Positions 28,101 through 43,100 of a stretch of DNA of 64,000 nucleotides are shown here, piece after piece. A program made the position numbers and the translations under genes. Source of the stretch: Octopus bimaculoides (Eukaryota); contig NC_068982.1 of the NCBI RefSeq assembly GCF_001194135.2, positions 129,358,105 to 129,422,104 on the forward strand, given 5' to 3'. The notes under the pieces were generated by a model. That model saw nothing but the letters and a program-made list of their open reading frames with translations, was not told the origin of the DNA and ran no database searches. How positions within the stretch are numbered: position 1 is the stretch's first letter; each line of letters opens with the position of its first letter.

Positions 28101-31100
28101 TCAATGGCCAATGCTCCATAGGAAGTGAAGGGCTAACACTCTAGCTTTCTATCTACACTCAATATCAGATTAAGAAATCAAAAACAATTAGCAATAAAAT
28201 TCGAAATTTACTTACCACATACCAATCACAAAGCTCATACAACCAGAAATTGTAAATAGCAGTAGTAACAGTTGGGAAGTCATAATTCTCAAATCCAGAT
28301 GTTGACAACATAACAGCTTCTGAAAGACGACTCAATATCCATTTGTCCATAATGCTTCCTTGATTCTTCAAATAAATTATATAAAAATTTCAAATGTAAT
28401 TTTCATTTTACAGATTTTCTGAGAATATATATATCATTTAATAATATTCTCATCAAAGTAACTGTCATATGTCTTCTCTAGCCTATGTTCATCTTAATTT
28501 CACAAATGTTCATTCAGTTACAATCTTCTCTTTTTTGAATACATCAACATCATCATTATTATCATCATCATCATCATCACCATTGTTTAACGTCCGCTTT
28601 CCATGCTAGCATGGGTTGGTCGATTTGACTGGGGACTGGTGAACCAGAAGGCTGCACCAGGCTCCAATCTGATCTGGCAAGGTTTCTACAGCTGGATGCC
28701 CTTCCTAACGCCAACCACTCCAAGAGTGTAGTGGGTTCTTTTACGTACCACCGGCACGAAGGCCAGTCAGGCAGTATTGGCAATGGCCATGCTCGAAATG
28801 GTGTATTTTATGTGCCACCAGCACAGGAGCCAGTCCGGCGGCACTGGCCATGACAGCAATTATTTTTCACAAAACAATTTACTTCTACGTCCAGCTGTTG
28901 TTTTGTAGTGTTTTTTTTATTACATTTCAAAGCTTTAAATTTTTAAATCTTCAAATTAAGTGACAAGGGAAAAAAAGAGAAAAAATTTTCACTGTCAAGA
29001 AAAAAATTTCTCCCAATTCTCCTGGTAGACTGAATCCTTTGCAGATTTTAATGCCATCACTTGGGCTTTGGTCATCTTTAGCAGAGTAAACTCTGTTGCA
29101 AGCTTTAAGACCAGGTTTATGATCTGAGAATAGCTTTATCTTTTCTTCCCACTAATCTTGAAAGACCATAAAAAAGGTCTCACATAAAAAAAAAGAAACA
29201 GCATGTGATGAACCCAGCACTTTGTCTTCTAAATGAGCAAAGCCTTGACTCTTTGCAGTTGAGGAAATTCCTGATGATATTTATTCTTCAGGTGAAGAGT
29301 TTACACTTAAACTAGCAATGAGAATGATTCAGACATTCAACCTGATGAAAATGATGAGAAAAGTAGCAATTTGAGTGAATAAATATGGTAGTTGAGAGAT
29401 AGGCCTATCACTGTTATTCTCCTGAATTTTGTTTTGTGACTCTGTCCATGAGTTTGCCTTCAATGAAGAAATATGGTAGTTGTGAGAAAAGCCTATTATT
29501 GTTATTCTCCTGGATTTTTTTGTGATGCAGTCTATTAGTTTGCCTGCAATTGTTACTTGTGAGCTGAATACACAACTATTTTTTGGCTCAAGAGCCCAGG
29601 TGGAGGGTAAAGTTAGATGCAGAGACCCAGATCTGAGAGAGTTAAGTTTGGTATTATTCTATTGATCACTTTTTGCTGAAGCACTAAATTTCAGGGATGT
29701 AAACAAAGCAACACCAGTTGTCAAGTGGTGAGAGAAACACAACAATACATTCATATGTGCATACACACACCATATATATGTATGTATATGAGAGACTTCT
29801 GCACAGTTTTCATCTGTTAAATTCACTTCTATTATTGATCAGGGTGTATAGTACAAAACACTTGCTCCAAGGTGCCAAACAGTGGGACTGAACCTGAAAC
29901 TACATGGGTGTGAAGGGAACTTCTTAACCACACATGCATTCATTAAAAGAGAAACGGAAAAAAAATTACCTCTTTTACAGGTGATGGTACAAAACTTTCT
30001 CCAAGAGCTGACAATGCAAATTTGGTTACATTCCAAAGTTTATTGCAGAAGAAGCGATAACCTTGAACTCTCAAAACATCTAAATTAATGTCTCGTCCTG
30101 AAAATGATATAAAAATCTCAAATGTAATCTTTCATTTATGGATTTTTTCTTTGAACTTGTACATTTTTTGATAATACTCTTTCTCTGCAATATTCTCATC
30201 AAAGTAACTGTTGTATGCCTCCTCTAGCCAATACCTTCAGTTTTTTTTTTAGCCTTTCATGTTCAATAAGAACCAGTTACAATGAATGTTGCTTCAGATT
30301 CCACCACTAAGACAAATCCATTTTATGTCTAGACAATGGAAATTATAATAATAATATAATAATGTTTTCCTAGTTTTGGCAGTGTTTACTTTATTTTAAA
30401 CTGGTACTTTATTTTATTGACTTGGAGAAGATGAAAGGCAAAATCAACCTCAACAGAATTTGAACTCAGAACATAAAGAGTGGGAAGAAATGTTGCTAAA
30501 CATTTTGATCAACATGTTCCTGATTCTGCTATCTAGTAGGAAGGAGACAAGACGATTACACTGACTCCTAGTCCTTGACTAGTACTTTATTTTATTGCCC
30601 TCAGAGGGATGAAAGGTAAAAGAAGAAATGCTACAAGGAATTTTGTCCAATGCTCTAGTGATTCTTCCAATCCACAGCACTTAGTAATAATAATAATAGT
30701 CATTGACTATTACATCCACTTTCCATGCTGGCATAGGTTGGATGGGTTCATCACAGTGTGATACAGTTCTTATTTGAAGTTAATGCCCTCCAAGATTTTT
30801 CAGAGACTACACCTTACTCATACATTCTAATCATGTTTCTATAACTGGATGATCTTCTTGATACCAGCCACTTTACAGAGTGTAATGGGTGCAAATAATC
30901 ATGGCATCAACACAAGAGGAGTTGTATCCTTGACAAGACTAAAAAGTCCTCTTGGCCCCTATATTGTCAGTTCATTTCCCAACCACTTTACAGTGTACAG
31001 GCTACATTTTTACAGACATTCCACAGATCTTAACTGTTTCATAATAAATAGAAGCACTATAACAAATAATAATCCTGAATGAAAAATTCAAGAACATTTA

Positions 31101-33199
31101 AGAAACAAAATGAAATAAAAGAAATTATGGTTCCTAACCTTGAGAAGTGTATGACACGAGAGCAAACCTCAACGCATCAGTACCACATTCAGGAATACCT
31201 TGAGGGTAATCAGCTTTCTGAAGATATAAAAAAAAAGAAATGATCACGTAGGTTTTAAAAGAAATAATTTGTAAAAATTCATGTTTAATCTTTTACTTGT
31301 TTCAGTCAATGGACTATGGCCATGCTAGGGAATTACTTTGAAGGGTTTAGTCAAACAAATCAACCCCAGTATTTAGTTTTTAGTCTGGTACTTATTATAT
31401 AAGACTCTTTTGCTAAGTTACAGCAATGCAAACAAACCAACCCCGATTGTCAAGCAGTGGGTGGGACAAACACAGACATAAAGACATGCACACATGTGAC
31501 AATCTTCTACACACTTACCATCTACCAAATTCAGACAAAACAATATTAATAGTAAAAGACCCAACGGAGGGTCCAGTGATTATTATAAATGGATGTATGA
31601 AATGGACAAGCCTCATCCACTTTTCCACGTTTTCAATGATTGGATGGAGTACATTTTGAAGCAGATTTTCTAAGGCTGGATGCCTCTCCAGCTCCCAAGT
31701 AAATAATATTTCCCGAGGCCAGACATATTCTTGCAGAATATTGGAAATGATTGGAAATGAATGATACATGTCAGTGACATTCATTCATACACACACACAC
31801 AATATATATGAGAAGAGTGGGGAGTAATCTATTTCTTTACATATTGCAGTTGTTGTTTCACTTGTTTTAGCAATCACGGTGTGGTGTCAAAATAAAACAA
31901 TTACCTGACCAGCCTTGGCCTTTGAAACTTCTTTTTCATCCAAATTACTGTCTTTCAGTCGATCATGGAGACCCTGAATTAGAAGACATTTAACTGTTAA
32001 TTCACACCAGCTTTTCAGTGAAATATAAAAAAATTTAATAAAAAATAACAATCAATTAGCCAATTTGTGAATTGAATTTGAAATTTTCCTCATGTTATGT
32101 TGGCATTTGTTGGACAAGTCATCAGATTCTGAGTCAGTTTTTATTCAAACTACTGTTCTCTTTGATGGTTCGGAAAACCACATTTCATTTTCAAGTTTCG
32201 ATTATGGTTTGGTCTTTATGACTGGATACTTGTCTTATCATTAATTACTTTACAGAGTGGGAAAATATCAGATGAGGATATGAACTATTTATTAAGAAGA
32301 AATCTTTTGGGGATATATAGAATATTGATTCACAAAATTGATTATAGTACTCTTTACCAAGTCAGTTTGATGTTACAGAAATAAATCCAACTTGTAATAT
32401 CTTATTATATTTTACTTTGTTAAAATCTTTCATTCATTATTTGAAAAAAATATCAAACTTAGTTTTTTGTTTAAGCTACAGGATTTCTTTACCAGTTCAA
32501 AATGAAACTATCCATACAACTAAGACTGTAAAATCAAACATGTAAAAGATTCTATATTATGATGTTTACCTGAAGACTGATTCCAGTAATAACATCCAAA
32601 GGATCAATAACATTGCCAAGAGATTTGCTCATTTTACGTCCATGAGCATCACGAACCATAGCATGAAGGTATACCTGGAAGAACAACAAGAAAAATTAAA
32701 CTGATGAATGGACTATGGTTTATGCTGGTTAAATTTACTTTTGTTTTCAATAAGTTAGTCTAGGAAGAAAGGGTACCAACCCATGACTTTCACAATCTCT
32801 TTTAAACTGATAAGATCAATGCAGCTGATGCTCCAGTCAAATATCTTTACCTCACTGTCTGCAGAAAATACACGAGCAGGAAGGGAAACAAGGGTCTGGT
32901 TTGAATGCCTAGAACAGAGAAAAATCTGTTAAAGGCATCCAAAATCCAGGAGGTTGTGCTTTATATCGGGCAGTATGTCAGAGTTACAACAACCTGATTT
33001 CAGCTGCTAAAGCTGAAATCAATTAAAAGCATCTTTTTCAGGTAGTATGTCATGTGGTTAAAGAAGTTCACTTCCTAACCAAGTGCCTTCAGATTCAGTC
33101 CCACTGCGTGGCACTCCAGGTAAGTGTTTTCAACTATAAATCTGGGTTAACCAAAGCCTTGTGAATGGATTTGGTACACAGAAAACGAAAGAAGCTTTG

Positions 33200-33287
<88 letters not shown>

Positions 33288-35008
33288 GGTGACGTTCAAT
33301 GTCAGTGGGTGTTTGTGTTTCTTTGTTTTGGCATTGCACGATAGCTGCTTATTTCCAGTCTTCCATAAAAACATCTCAGGCCATGGGGAAATATCACCTT
33401 GCTTGGAAACAGGTGAGGGACAGCACTGAGAAGGGCATCTGGTTATAGAAAATCTACCACACTAAATTCTGTTTGACCCATGTAAGTATGGGAAATTGGA
33501 CATTACAAGCTTCATCTATAAACGGGATCTATAACTGTTTTAGTTGAATTAAATTATGTTCTCATAGAAAACCTAAAATAGGACATATAAAATGGATTCC
33601 ACTCATTTACAGACTGACCCATAACTTGGTGCAACAGAAACAATGCCCCAATACCCATTCAGTAAAAGAATCAAGCTAATAAATATTGATTCTTAATGTT
33701 GGCACAATGGCCCAAATTTTATGTGGAGAGATATGGTGGGTCACTAACCCAGGAATGTAACTAAATATCGCAAGGAATTTAGTCTGGTATTTAACCATTC
33801 CATAACCCTTTGAAGTACTAATATGACAAAAATCAAAACAAGTGGACTATATTGAAGTTGCTAAAACAAATTTCTTGAATTACCTCTTTGAATGGTAGTT
33901 TTCCAAGGAGTGCATTACCCATCATCACCATACGAGCAACCCAGAAGAACAAGATATCATGTCCAGTTTCCAACAAAGTACCAGGATAATAGGCTTGGAG
34001 ATCAGGTGTCTGCAAAGATAATATTCACTTAAAAATTATAATTTTCAACAAAGTTTCTAATTTCATAAACAAGATACAATGTATCAGCACTAAACATTTT
34101 TTTAAAAAATTGATATTTTTAATAATTTTACTTCATTGAATAAAACAGTTTTTCATTTTGAGATATTACATTTGCAACAAATTTGCAGATGCCACATCAA
34201 CCATGTAGCAGTACAAACAATATTTCCTGCTTGTTCTTGGAAGTGTGAGGGCATGAAGCCTTGTAGTTAGGGTGTAGTACTCATGATCAGAAGATCATGG
34301 TTTCAGTTGTGGAACCAAGTGGTGCACTGTGTTCTTAAGCAAAACACTTCATTTCATGTTGCTCCATTCTAAACAGTTGTAAACAAGTAACCCTGCAATG
34401 GACTGGCATAACATTCAGTGGGAACATTACTATCTTGGTCACTGATACACCATGGAAACCAGGTAGCCAGCCCTATGAGTTTGAGGACTTGAAACAGTAA
34501 CGTGCAGAGTTTTCATACAAATTATGTAATTTAATGAAGTTCAGATGCTTTAAGAATTTAGAGAAAAAAAACAAGTTTGTCCATTGACATCATCTAATGT
34601 GATATCCTAATGTAAAAAAGCTGCATTAACAAGATTTTCTGGCAGGAAAATCATGAGTTAAAGGTAAATGTCAGTGTCAGAAGGCCACTTTAGAAAAAAA
34701 ACTCTAAAGTAGCTACAAAAGGTGTTAGCAAGTGGATTATTGAAAGAATGATACTGATATAAAGTGGGATTTAAGAAAGAAAAAAACTATCATTAATTTA
34801 ACAATTGTAAACAATTATCTTAAATAATGAAGAAATACTAAAATAAGTATGAAAGTGAAAAGAAAAATTTAAAGTGAAATTATCTGAAATTCTTGAAGTT
34901 ACTAACCTCATCAGGCCAACCAAATATAGAAAATGGGAAAATACCAGATGAAAACCAGGTGTCAAGTACATCTTCATCTAAAATGAAAAGTAATAAACAT
35001 AAATACAA

Positions 35009-35049
<41 letters not shown>

Positions 35050-36811
35050 TCATCATCATTTTAACATCTACTTTTCCATACTTGCATGGGTTAGGCAGTA
35101 TTTGTTAAAGCAGATTTTCTTCCTGTCACCTACCCTCACCTGTTTCCAAGCAAGTAAATATTTTGCCATGGCCAAGTACGTTTTCACTGAGAACTAGAAA
35201 CAATGGACACTGCTTGTAGGACAGTGATGCTTGTTTACAACAATCACATGTCACTGCAAGGAGACACACATACACACCCGCATGCATGCATATATAAATG
35301 CATATTAGGTTGGAAAGAAAGTCCTGCTGTATTTTTAACATGAACAAGACCCTTTTTCAATACTCAGGTTAAAATAGGCATTAATTTTTACATTTTAGTG
35401 ATTTTTTTCCCACTTCTTTGCAGATTATTTTATAACATAGTGGTTAAATTCATATTGATTTTACCCTTTTAAAATAAGTTTAGATCAAACTCATATGGCA
35501 CCGCATGCAAAAGGGGATTTTTAGCAATGAAAGGGACAAAAAATGTTCATTCTATTTATGGAAATGAAGCTTTAATGATTTTTCCAGTTTCACTTGGGAA
35601 ATTTTTCTCACACAAATTTCCTTGATCTGGATGACCAAGGTTAGAAATCCTTATCATCATATTTATTATTATTATTGTTATCATTATTTACCTTGTTTCA
35701 GAGAAATCTTCTCCACAGATACATTGAAACGTTCTGCAGCATTCTGCTTAGCTTCCTCTTCAGTGCGACCACTCACCCAGTACTTATCATCAGTACCCTG
35801 AAGTAGACAAACAGAGTATATAAACAATCCAATAAAACCAAGCATAAAACAAGTTTTCAAATGTGTGTGTGCATGTGAGAAATTATCAACACCACCACCA
35901 TCGTTTTAACATCTACTTTTCCACAAATGTGCAGGAAATAATAAGCACTAAAAATATGCAGACAACAGGCTCCCTCAAATGCTCAGGTGGATCATTAGAA
36001 GTAGTAGATAGCTTCTATTATCTAGGGGAGCAAGTTAGCAGGTAGGGAGGGAGTTCTGAAAGGGTAGTTGCTGGGATAAGGGTAGGGCTGGGCGAAGTCC
36101 AGAAAGCTTCTACCTTTGTTGGTAACAAAGGGCCTCTCTCTCAGAGTGAAAGGCAAATTGTATGATGCCTGTATACATACAGCTATGTGAGACATGGGCT
36201 TTGACTACAAAGGACTTGTGAAGGCTTGAAAGAAATGAAGCTAGCATGCTCCACTGGATGGGTAATGTCAGTGTACACACACAAATGATCTAAGAGCAAA
36301 ACTGTGTATAAGAGGCATCAGACATTGTGTGCAAGAAAGAAAACTGCACAGGTCTGGTCATGTGATGCATATGGATGAGAACAGCAGTGTAAAGAAATGC
36401 CGAGCTCTAATTGTGGAGGGTACCGTGGAAGGGGTAGACCTAGGAAGACATGAGATGAAGAGGTGAGAAAGGATCTTCAGATGCTGGGCCTCAATGAAGA
36501 AATGACAAGGGACCAGGAGATGTAGCGATTTGCTGTACTAGATAAGACATGTCAAACTAAGTCTTCCACACATACAGACTTGTTTTTTCAGGTGCTGGTG
36601 CCACTTAAAAAAAGCACCTGTGCCAGTGTTAAACACACCCATGATGGTGACACATAAAGTACCCAGCAAATTTTTTGTTAAGTGGTTGGTGTTAAGAAGA
36701 GTATCCAGCCATAGAAACCAATCCACAACAGACAGTTGGAGTCTTGACAGCTCCCTGCTAGCAAGCTCCATGTCAAATCGTCCAAGACATGCCAGCATGA
36801 AGAGCAGACAT

Positions 36812-36846
<35 letters not shown>

Positions 36847-37067
36847 CATGGGACAGATAGAATTTGCTGGGGTAGATTTTTATATGATTGTTGCCCTTTC
36901 TGTTGCTAACCCACACATGTTTCTGAACAAAGTAATATTTCCTCATGACCAAACATGGTTTCACAGTAGTTTGGAAACAAGGGACACTACATGTATAATG
37001 GTGACACTACATGTATAATGGTGACACTCGTTTACAACTATAAAGTGATGCCAAGACATGAAGGCAT

Positions 37068-37107
<40 letters not shown>

Positions 37108-40100
37108 GTATGTCTACAATGGGGTTATTTCAGTTTCTGTTTACCAAATCCACTTACAAAGCTTTGGTTAACCAAAATGTTACTCAATGGGACTGAACCT
37201 GAAACCAAATAGTTAGGAAGCAAACTTCTTAACCACACAGCCATGCCTGCACCTGAAAAAGAAATTCATTTATCTTTTATCTTCTACTCGTTTCAGTCAT
37301 TGGACTGCAGCCATACTTAGGTATTGCCATGAAGGGTTTAGCTGACCAAATCAACCCCAGTACTTATGGGTTTTTTTTTAAGTCAAGTACACATCTCATA
37401 GCCATGTCTATACCTAAGGATAAATCAAAAAGCACATAGTAAAAGTATGCCTAAAAAGAAGGAAAATCAAGAGATAATTACCAAGCCCTCTGGTACATTG
37501 GGATCATTAACTGTGACAAAATAAGCTGGGATTCTATGTCCCCACCACAACTGCCGAGATATGCACCAATCCCTGAAAAATAAAAGCATAATTATTAAAT
37601 CTAGTCATTACAATGGATTAAATCTAAATTCATCATCATTTTCCCATACTGGCATGGGTTGGATGGTTCCACAGGAACTGGTAAGTCAGAAGACTGCACC
37701 AATCTCTGCTGACTGCTTTAGCATGGTTTCTACAGCCAAGTGCCCTTCCTAACACCAAACACTTTGCAGAATATACTGGGTGCTTTTTACGTGGTACCAG
37801 CAGCAGTAAGGACACCAAGTAACTTGCAAGACAACACGACCCCTCAACTAAGGTGGAGTGTAATATTGAGGGACAACAAAGGGATCTTGTATATGGGGGG
37901 AAATATGGCAGCCTCAGGTGGGAGAGAGTAAAAGGAGAAAGGAGATAGTGACAGTGAGTGGACCAAGGATTGGAAAGGGTGGTCTCAATTAAAATCCAGT
38001 TCTCTTAATAGGACAAATAAGTTAATCCATAAAAAATTCAACAAGGTATTAAGTAGCTAACAGTTTCTGACAGGTACAAGGCCGGAAATTCCAAGAGAAG
38101 AGCTTAGATGATTAAAGAAATCCTAGTACTTAACTGGTATTTTATTTTATTAACCCCAGAGGAGTGAAATGCTAAGTTGCCCAAGGCAGGATTTGAACTC
38201 AGAATACCGAGAGAATGAACAAATGCAGCAAAGCATTTTGTCAGATAATCAAATGATTCTGCCAACCTATTGTACTTAATTGTATGTAATACAGGAACAA
38301 ATCTAGAATATCGTTTCTTGTCTGAACAATCTTGACATTTAATTTTCAGCCCATCATAAAAATTACTTTTACTTTAGCAGAGGCTGTTTTTGTCAAAGAT
38401 TGATTGAGATTTTTCTACCAATGTTTTATTTATTTTATAAACCATGGAGGTTTGAATGCAAATATTGCGGTATCAAATTAACCACCAATATCTAGCCCAG
38501 CACTAAGCAATTTTTACCGATGCCCTACCTAAGAACAAACAAAATATAAACCTAAAAGGAATAATAAATAAATATTTTTTTTTAATGACAACTTTGACAT
38601 ACTGGCATTGGTTACTTACAAAAATACGGATTTGTTAGAATTTTTAGTGCATGTCTTTTAAAGTTGGATAATATTCCTAAAAATAACATATTTAACTAAG
38701 TAGATTTAATCATGTAGAGTGATTTTTCTTGATCAAGAACACAATATCTGTACTAAATATAAGGTAGATTAAATAATAGGTGAACTGTAACACAAAAGTG
38801 AATGAGTTACATAGAGAACAGTAAGAAGAAAGATAAACAAATTACCTTGAATCCTCTAACCAACGATACCAAGTTTTTTTATGCATATCAGGTATAATCT
38901 TCAGATTGCCTTCTTTGACATCCTACCAAAAAAAAAAAAATGTTTTGATTGTAATATTCAATACCATAAAAATAATGTAATAAAGTTTTTAAAAAGAAAA
39001 ATCAAAATATATAACATTTCTTTTTTGACAAGAAAGCAATTTAACAGAAATGTTGAAAATAAGTGGGAAAGAGACACACACAAAGTGTATTTTATTTTAG
39101 AATTAAACAAAAAAACTTAAGGTAAGCAAATATAAATATTCTTTCCTTAGAAAGTAGCACAATTCCTGTTTAGGACCCCAGAAGCTGATTGTTGGATTTT
39201 GTTCCTTTCTTTCATTATTTTACAAACAATTTTGCAGTAAGAAGTACACTAAACCAAAATATAAAGGAAATTGGAACTTACTTTAACAGCTTGTGCAGCC
39301 ATGTCTTTGAGATCAACATACCACTGTGGTTTGAGGAGGGGTTCTATAATATCTTTTGAACGACTGAAAATTGAATAATATAAAATTAGAATTTAATTTA
39401 TAAAAAACATTGTGATTTTACTTGACTATTTCAGGGTCAAAATGTAAATATTAGTAAAAGTATTAAATGAAAGTTGAATGCTTCAGACATAAATTTTAAA
39501 AGTAAAATTTATTTTGTTTGGATTCTATTTTATTCTAGTTTCAATAGATACATTATTGGTAGCAACACAATAAAAAACAAACCTATCAGCATATTGATAT
39601 ATGTACATTAAATTTTTACAGCTTTATTAGCAAAGTATAATTAATGTATATTGATTGAATTGCTGATGTCATTACTTCCAACACTAACAGTACTATCATC
39701 AACACTGCTGCCCCTCTTCTGAAATTCCTGACCTGCTCATAATTTTCCTGCAATTGTCAAGAAGAACGTTAACCACATTAATCTCACCTGTCTGCGAAGG
39801 CCACAAGTACACCTCTCTCTTTCAGACCAACACAATAAAAATTTCAATTTTTGGGGGTTACCTGAATTTACTGTAACTACCAATATCACTAATTAATTTC
39901 TTCATCTCATTAGCTTCACACATTCCAATAACACTTCCAGATTGTATTGCTTGGTGCCCTTTCCCTCTAAGCTAAGAGATAATACCTTTAATTTTTAATA
40001 TCCTTTGTAACTAAAATGAACCTGGATTTATGTCAAATGATACCAAATCATTTTTAACTCCTCTCCTTTCCAGTCCATCAATTTGGTTTCTTTGTTTGTT

Positions 40101-43100
40101 AATAGAATATCTGTTTATTTCATAGTAACATGTATTGAACAAGGAGTTATTTAAGGAGGCAAGATTTTACTTCCTGTCACCAACCCACAGCTGTTTTTCA
40201 AGTAAGGGTTACTTTTATTTTATAGGTCTTCAAAACTGCAGGGCAACCAGTCACAATGTCAACAAGGAATTTAAACATCATTAGTTTCACTCAAATGATG
40301 ATGAGCAAGGAATATCAACATCTACACATACATTCTCTCCTTCTCTCTCTCTCTCTCACACACACACACATACATGACAGCTTGCTACAGTTTCTGTCCA
40401 CCAAATTCATAACAAATTACTGATTGGCCCAAAGCTTTAGAAGAAGATATTTACTAAAATTGCTATGCAGTGAGACCTAACCAAAACCATGTAGTTGTGA
40501 AGCAAACTCCTTAACCATGCAGACATGCCTGTAGCTTAGCTGATATAAAAGTGCAGCTTTGAAAACAGTAAAAATATGTCAACATTACCTGCATGTTGGT
40601 ATAACCATGGGGTTGTCAACAGAACTTTCATAGAGGCCTTTATCTTTCAAAGCTTGTGTCACTGCTTTTCTAGCATCGAATCGTTTCATGCCCTAAAAAT
40701 AAAAATAGCTGCTGTAAATATTTCTGCAAATCTTAACTTTCTTTATACAGAGATTTTGGATATATGATATTAAATCACAAGCAGTACTTAGGTAATTTTG
40801 ATGCTACTTTCAGGAGGGAAAAACTCATTGGCTCAAATTTATAGACTCTAGATCAGTGGTTCCCAACCATTTTGTGATCACATACCACTTGGAGGTTTCG
40901 TATAGCTGCCGAGTACCACCTGGTTCCAGAAAAACTCAATTCGATCAGATATCAATTTAATCACAAATAGAAAACACAAATGAACTAACAACAAAGAACA
41001 CAACTCAATTTAATGTAAGGGCTGAATCTGTTTCTTCTCCACCACCTGGTCAATGCAGGGCATCACCTTGCTCACAGCGCATTGGAAATCATGGCTGGGC
41101 ACAGCAAAATGGTTCTGGCTCTTCGACTTGGTGACCAGTAAAGCTGAGAACCCCTGCTCAGACTCCCACGTAGAGAGGAAAATCAGTAGCTGGGGAACAG
41201 CGTGACGGGCTAGCATCGGGTACGAGAAGGCCGTGTTTAGCCAGAAGTTTATAGGAGAGCATTCTTTGGGCTTCGTCTTTGCTGTCTTATCAGCCTGGAT
41301 ATCCATAAGTTCCTCTTCTTCTCCAGTCCCAACAGGCAACTCAGCTGGATCAATGGAGAATGGATTGGCAATGATGGCACAACAAGTCACGTCTGGGAAG
41401 TAATGCATCAACTCAGTCTTGAGCAGTGAGAGGTGACGGACGATTTCTAAGGCAAATTCATCATTGGGTTTGCTGTCAAGTGTAGTCAGCAGTTCAAACA
41501 TTCCATAGCATTTGCTCTCCACATTCTTCAACCATAGATCCAACTTCCAGACAAACACTCCCAACTTTGAGATGAATTCTGTGACAGTGCACTTGGGCTC
41601 TTGAAATTACAGGTTTAAGTGGTTGAGGGCTCCAAAAATGTCTGATAAGTAGGCCAACCTTGAGATACTCATCCTCCAGATCTTTTTGAAAATTGTGTTC
41701 CTTCTCCATGAAGAAAACAAGAAGTTCATCCCTCAGTTCAAAGAAACACCTCGTCGCATTACCCCCAGGAGAGGGGGTAAATGAAGTCCATTTAATGAGA
41801 TCAAAAATAAGTTAAGACAATATGAAGTTTATAAAATAAAATTTAAACAAGTGATCTAAATTTTTATCCAAACTATAACTGAAGCTATTATTACTAATAT
41901 ATCATATTCTTCTTGTACAAAGTTCTTTATTTCCTGAAGAAGTTTAAACCAAGAAAGCTTAGTGATCATCATCATTGTTTAACGTCTGCTTTCCATGCTG
42001 GCACGGGTTGGACAGTTTGACTGAGGTCTGGCAAGCCAATGGGCTGCACCAGGCTCCAATCTGATCTGGCAATGTTAGGCAGCACTGGCCACGATTTCGA
42101 TTTCACTTGACTCAACAGGTCTTCTCAAGCACATCATATCGCCCAATGCTTCAAGGATACTTTTAAATGGGCTGGTCATGCAACACTTTGTAAAGGTGCT
42201 ACACCAGTCATTGGGTATGACTCCTAATTGCTTTATCTACCAGGGTACTGTTGATTCGAGTAGCTGGTCCCTCAATTGGGTCAACATTTGGCAGACTCTC
42301 CTCCTCCCATTCATTCTCCATGTTCAGCAGTCTTTTATAATGGCATCTCCAAGCCTCTTTCTTTGCAGTGTTACACATTATACATATGTATACATGCTCA
42401 CTCACAATGGGCTTCATGCAGTCTCTGTCTGAACAAATTCCCTCACATGGCATTGGTCAGCACAGGGCTATAATAGAAGACACTTACCCAAGGTGCTGTA
42501 CAGTGTTCCTAAACTTGAAACCATGTGGCTGTGAAGAAAACTCTTTAACAACTATGTCTGTGCTTGTAATATAAACCATATCATAAAAAATTTAAAAGAT
42601 AAGAAAATATCTTACTGAAAATTGTCCACAATCATTTGTTATGTTTCCTTCTTCGTCTATAACGGTCACAAATGGGAGACTGTGTCGTTTACCAACTTCA
42701 TAATCATTGTGATCATGGGCTGGTGTGATTTTTACAGCACCTGAAGGGATGTATATATGAAATGATATTTCAGTATGAACCTTTATACATATCTTCTATA
42801 TATGCAGAATGTAACACTATTTCAGATAGTAATAAAGTTAATAAATATTACGATAAAAACAGAAAGGATTTCATTCATTTATTTGTTTCAGTCATTAGAT
42901 TGGGGCCATGCCGGGGTAATCAATCAAATCACCCACAACACTAATTTTAAGTCTGACAATTAATCTACCAGTCTCTTTTTGCTGGACTGTGAATGAATGA
43001 ATGTATGTACGCACACACACATGTATGCGTGTGTGTGTGTGTGTGTGTATTATACACACACCTCACACACAAATACTTATGAACTTTTCTGCAGTGATGG

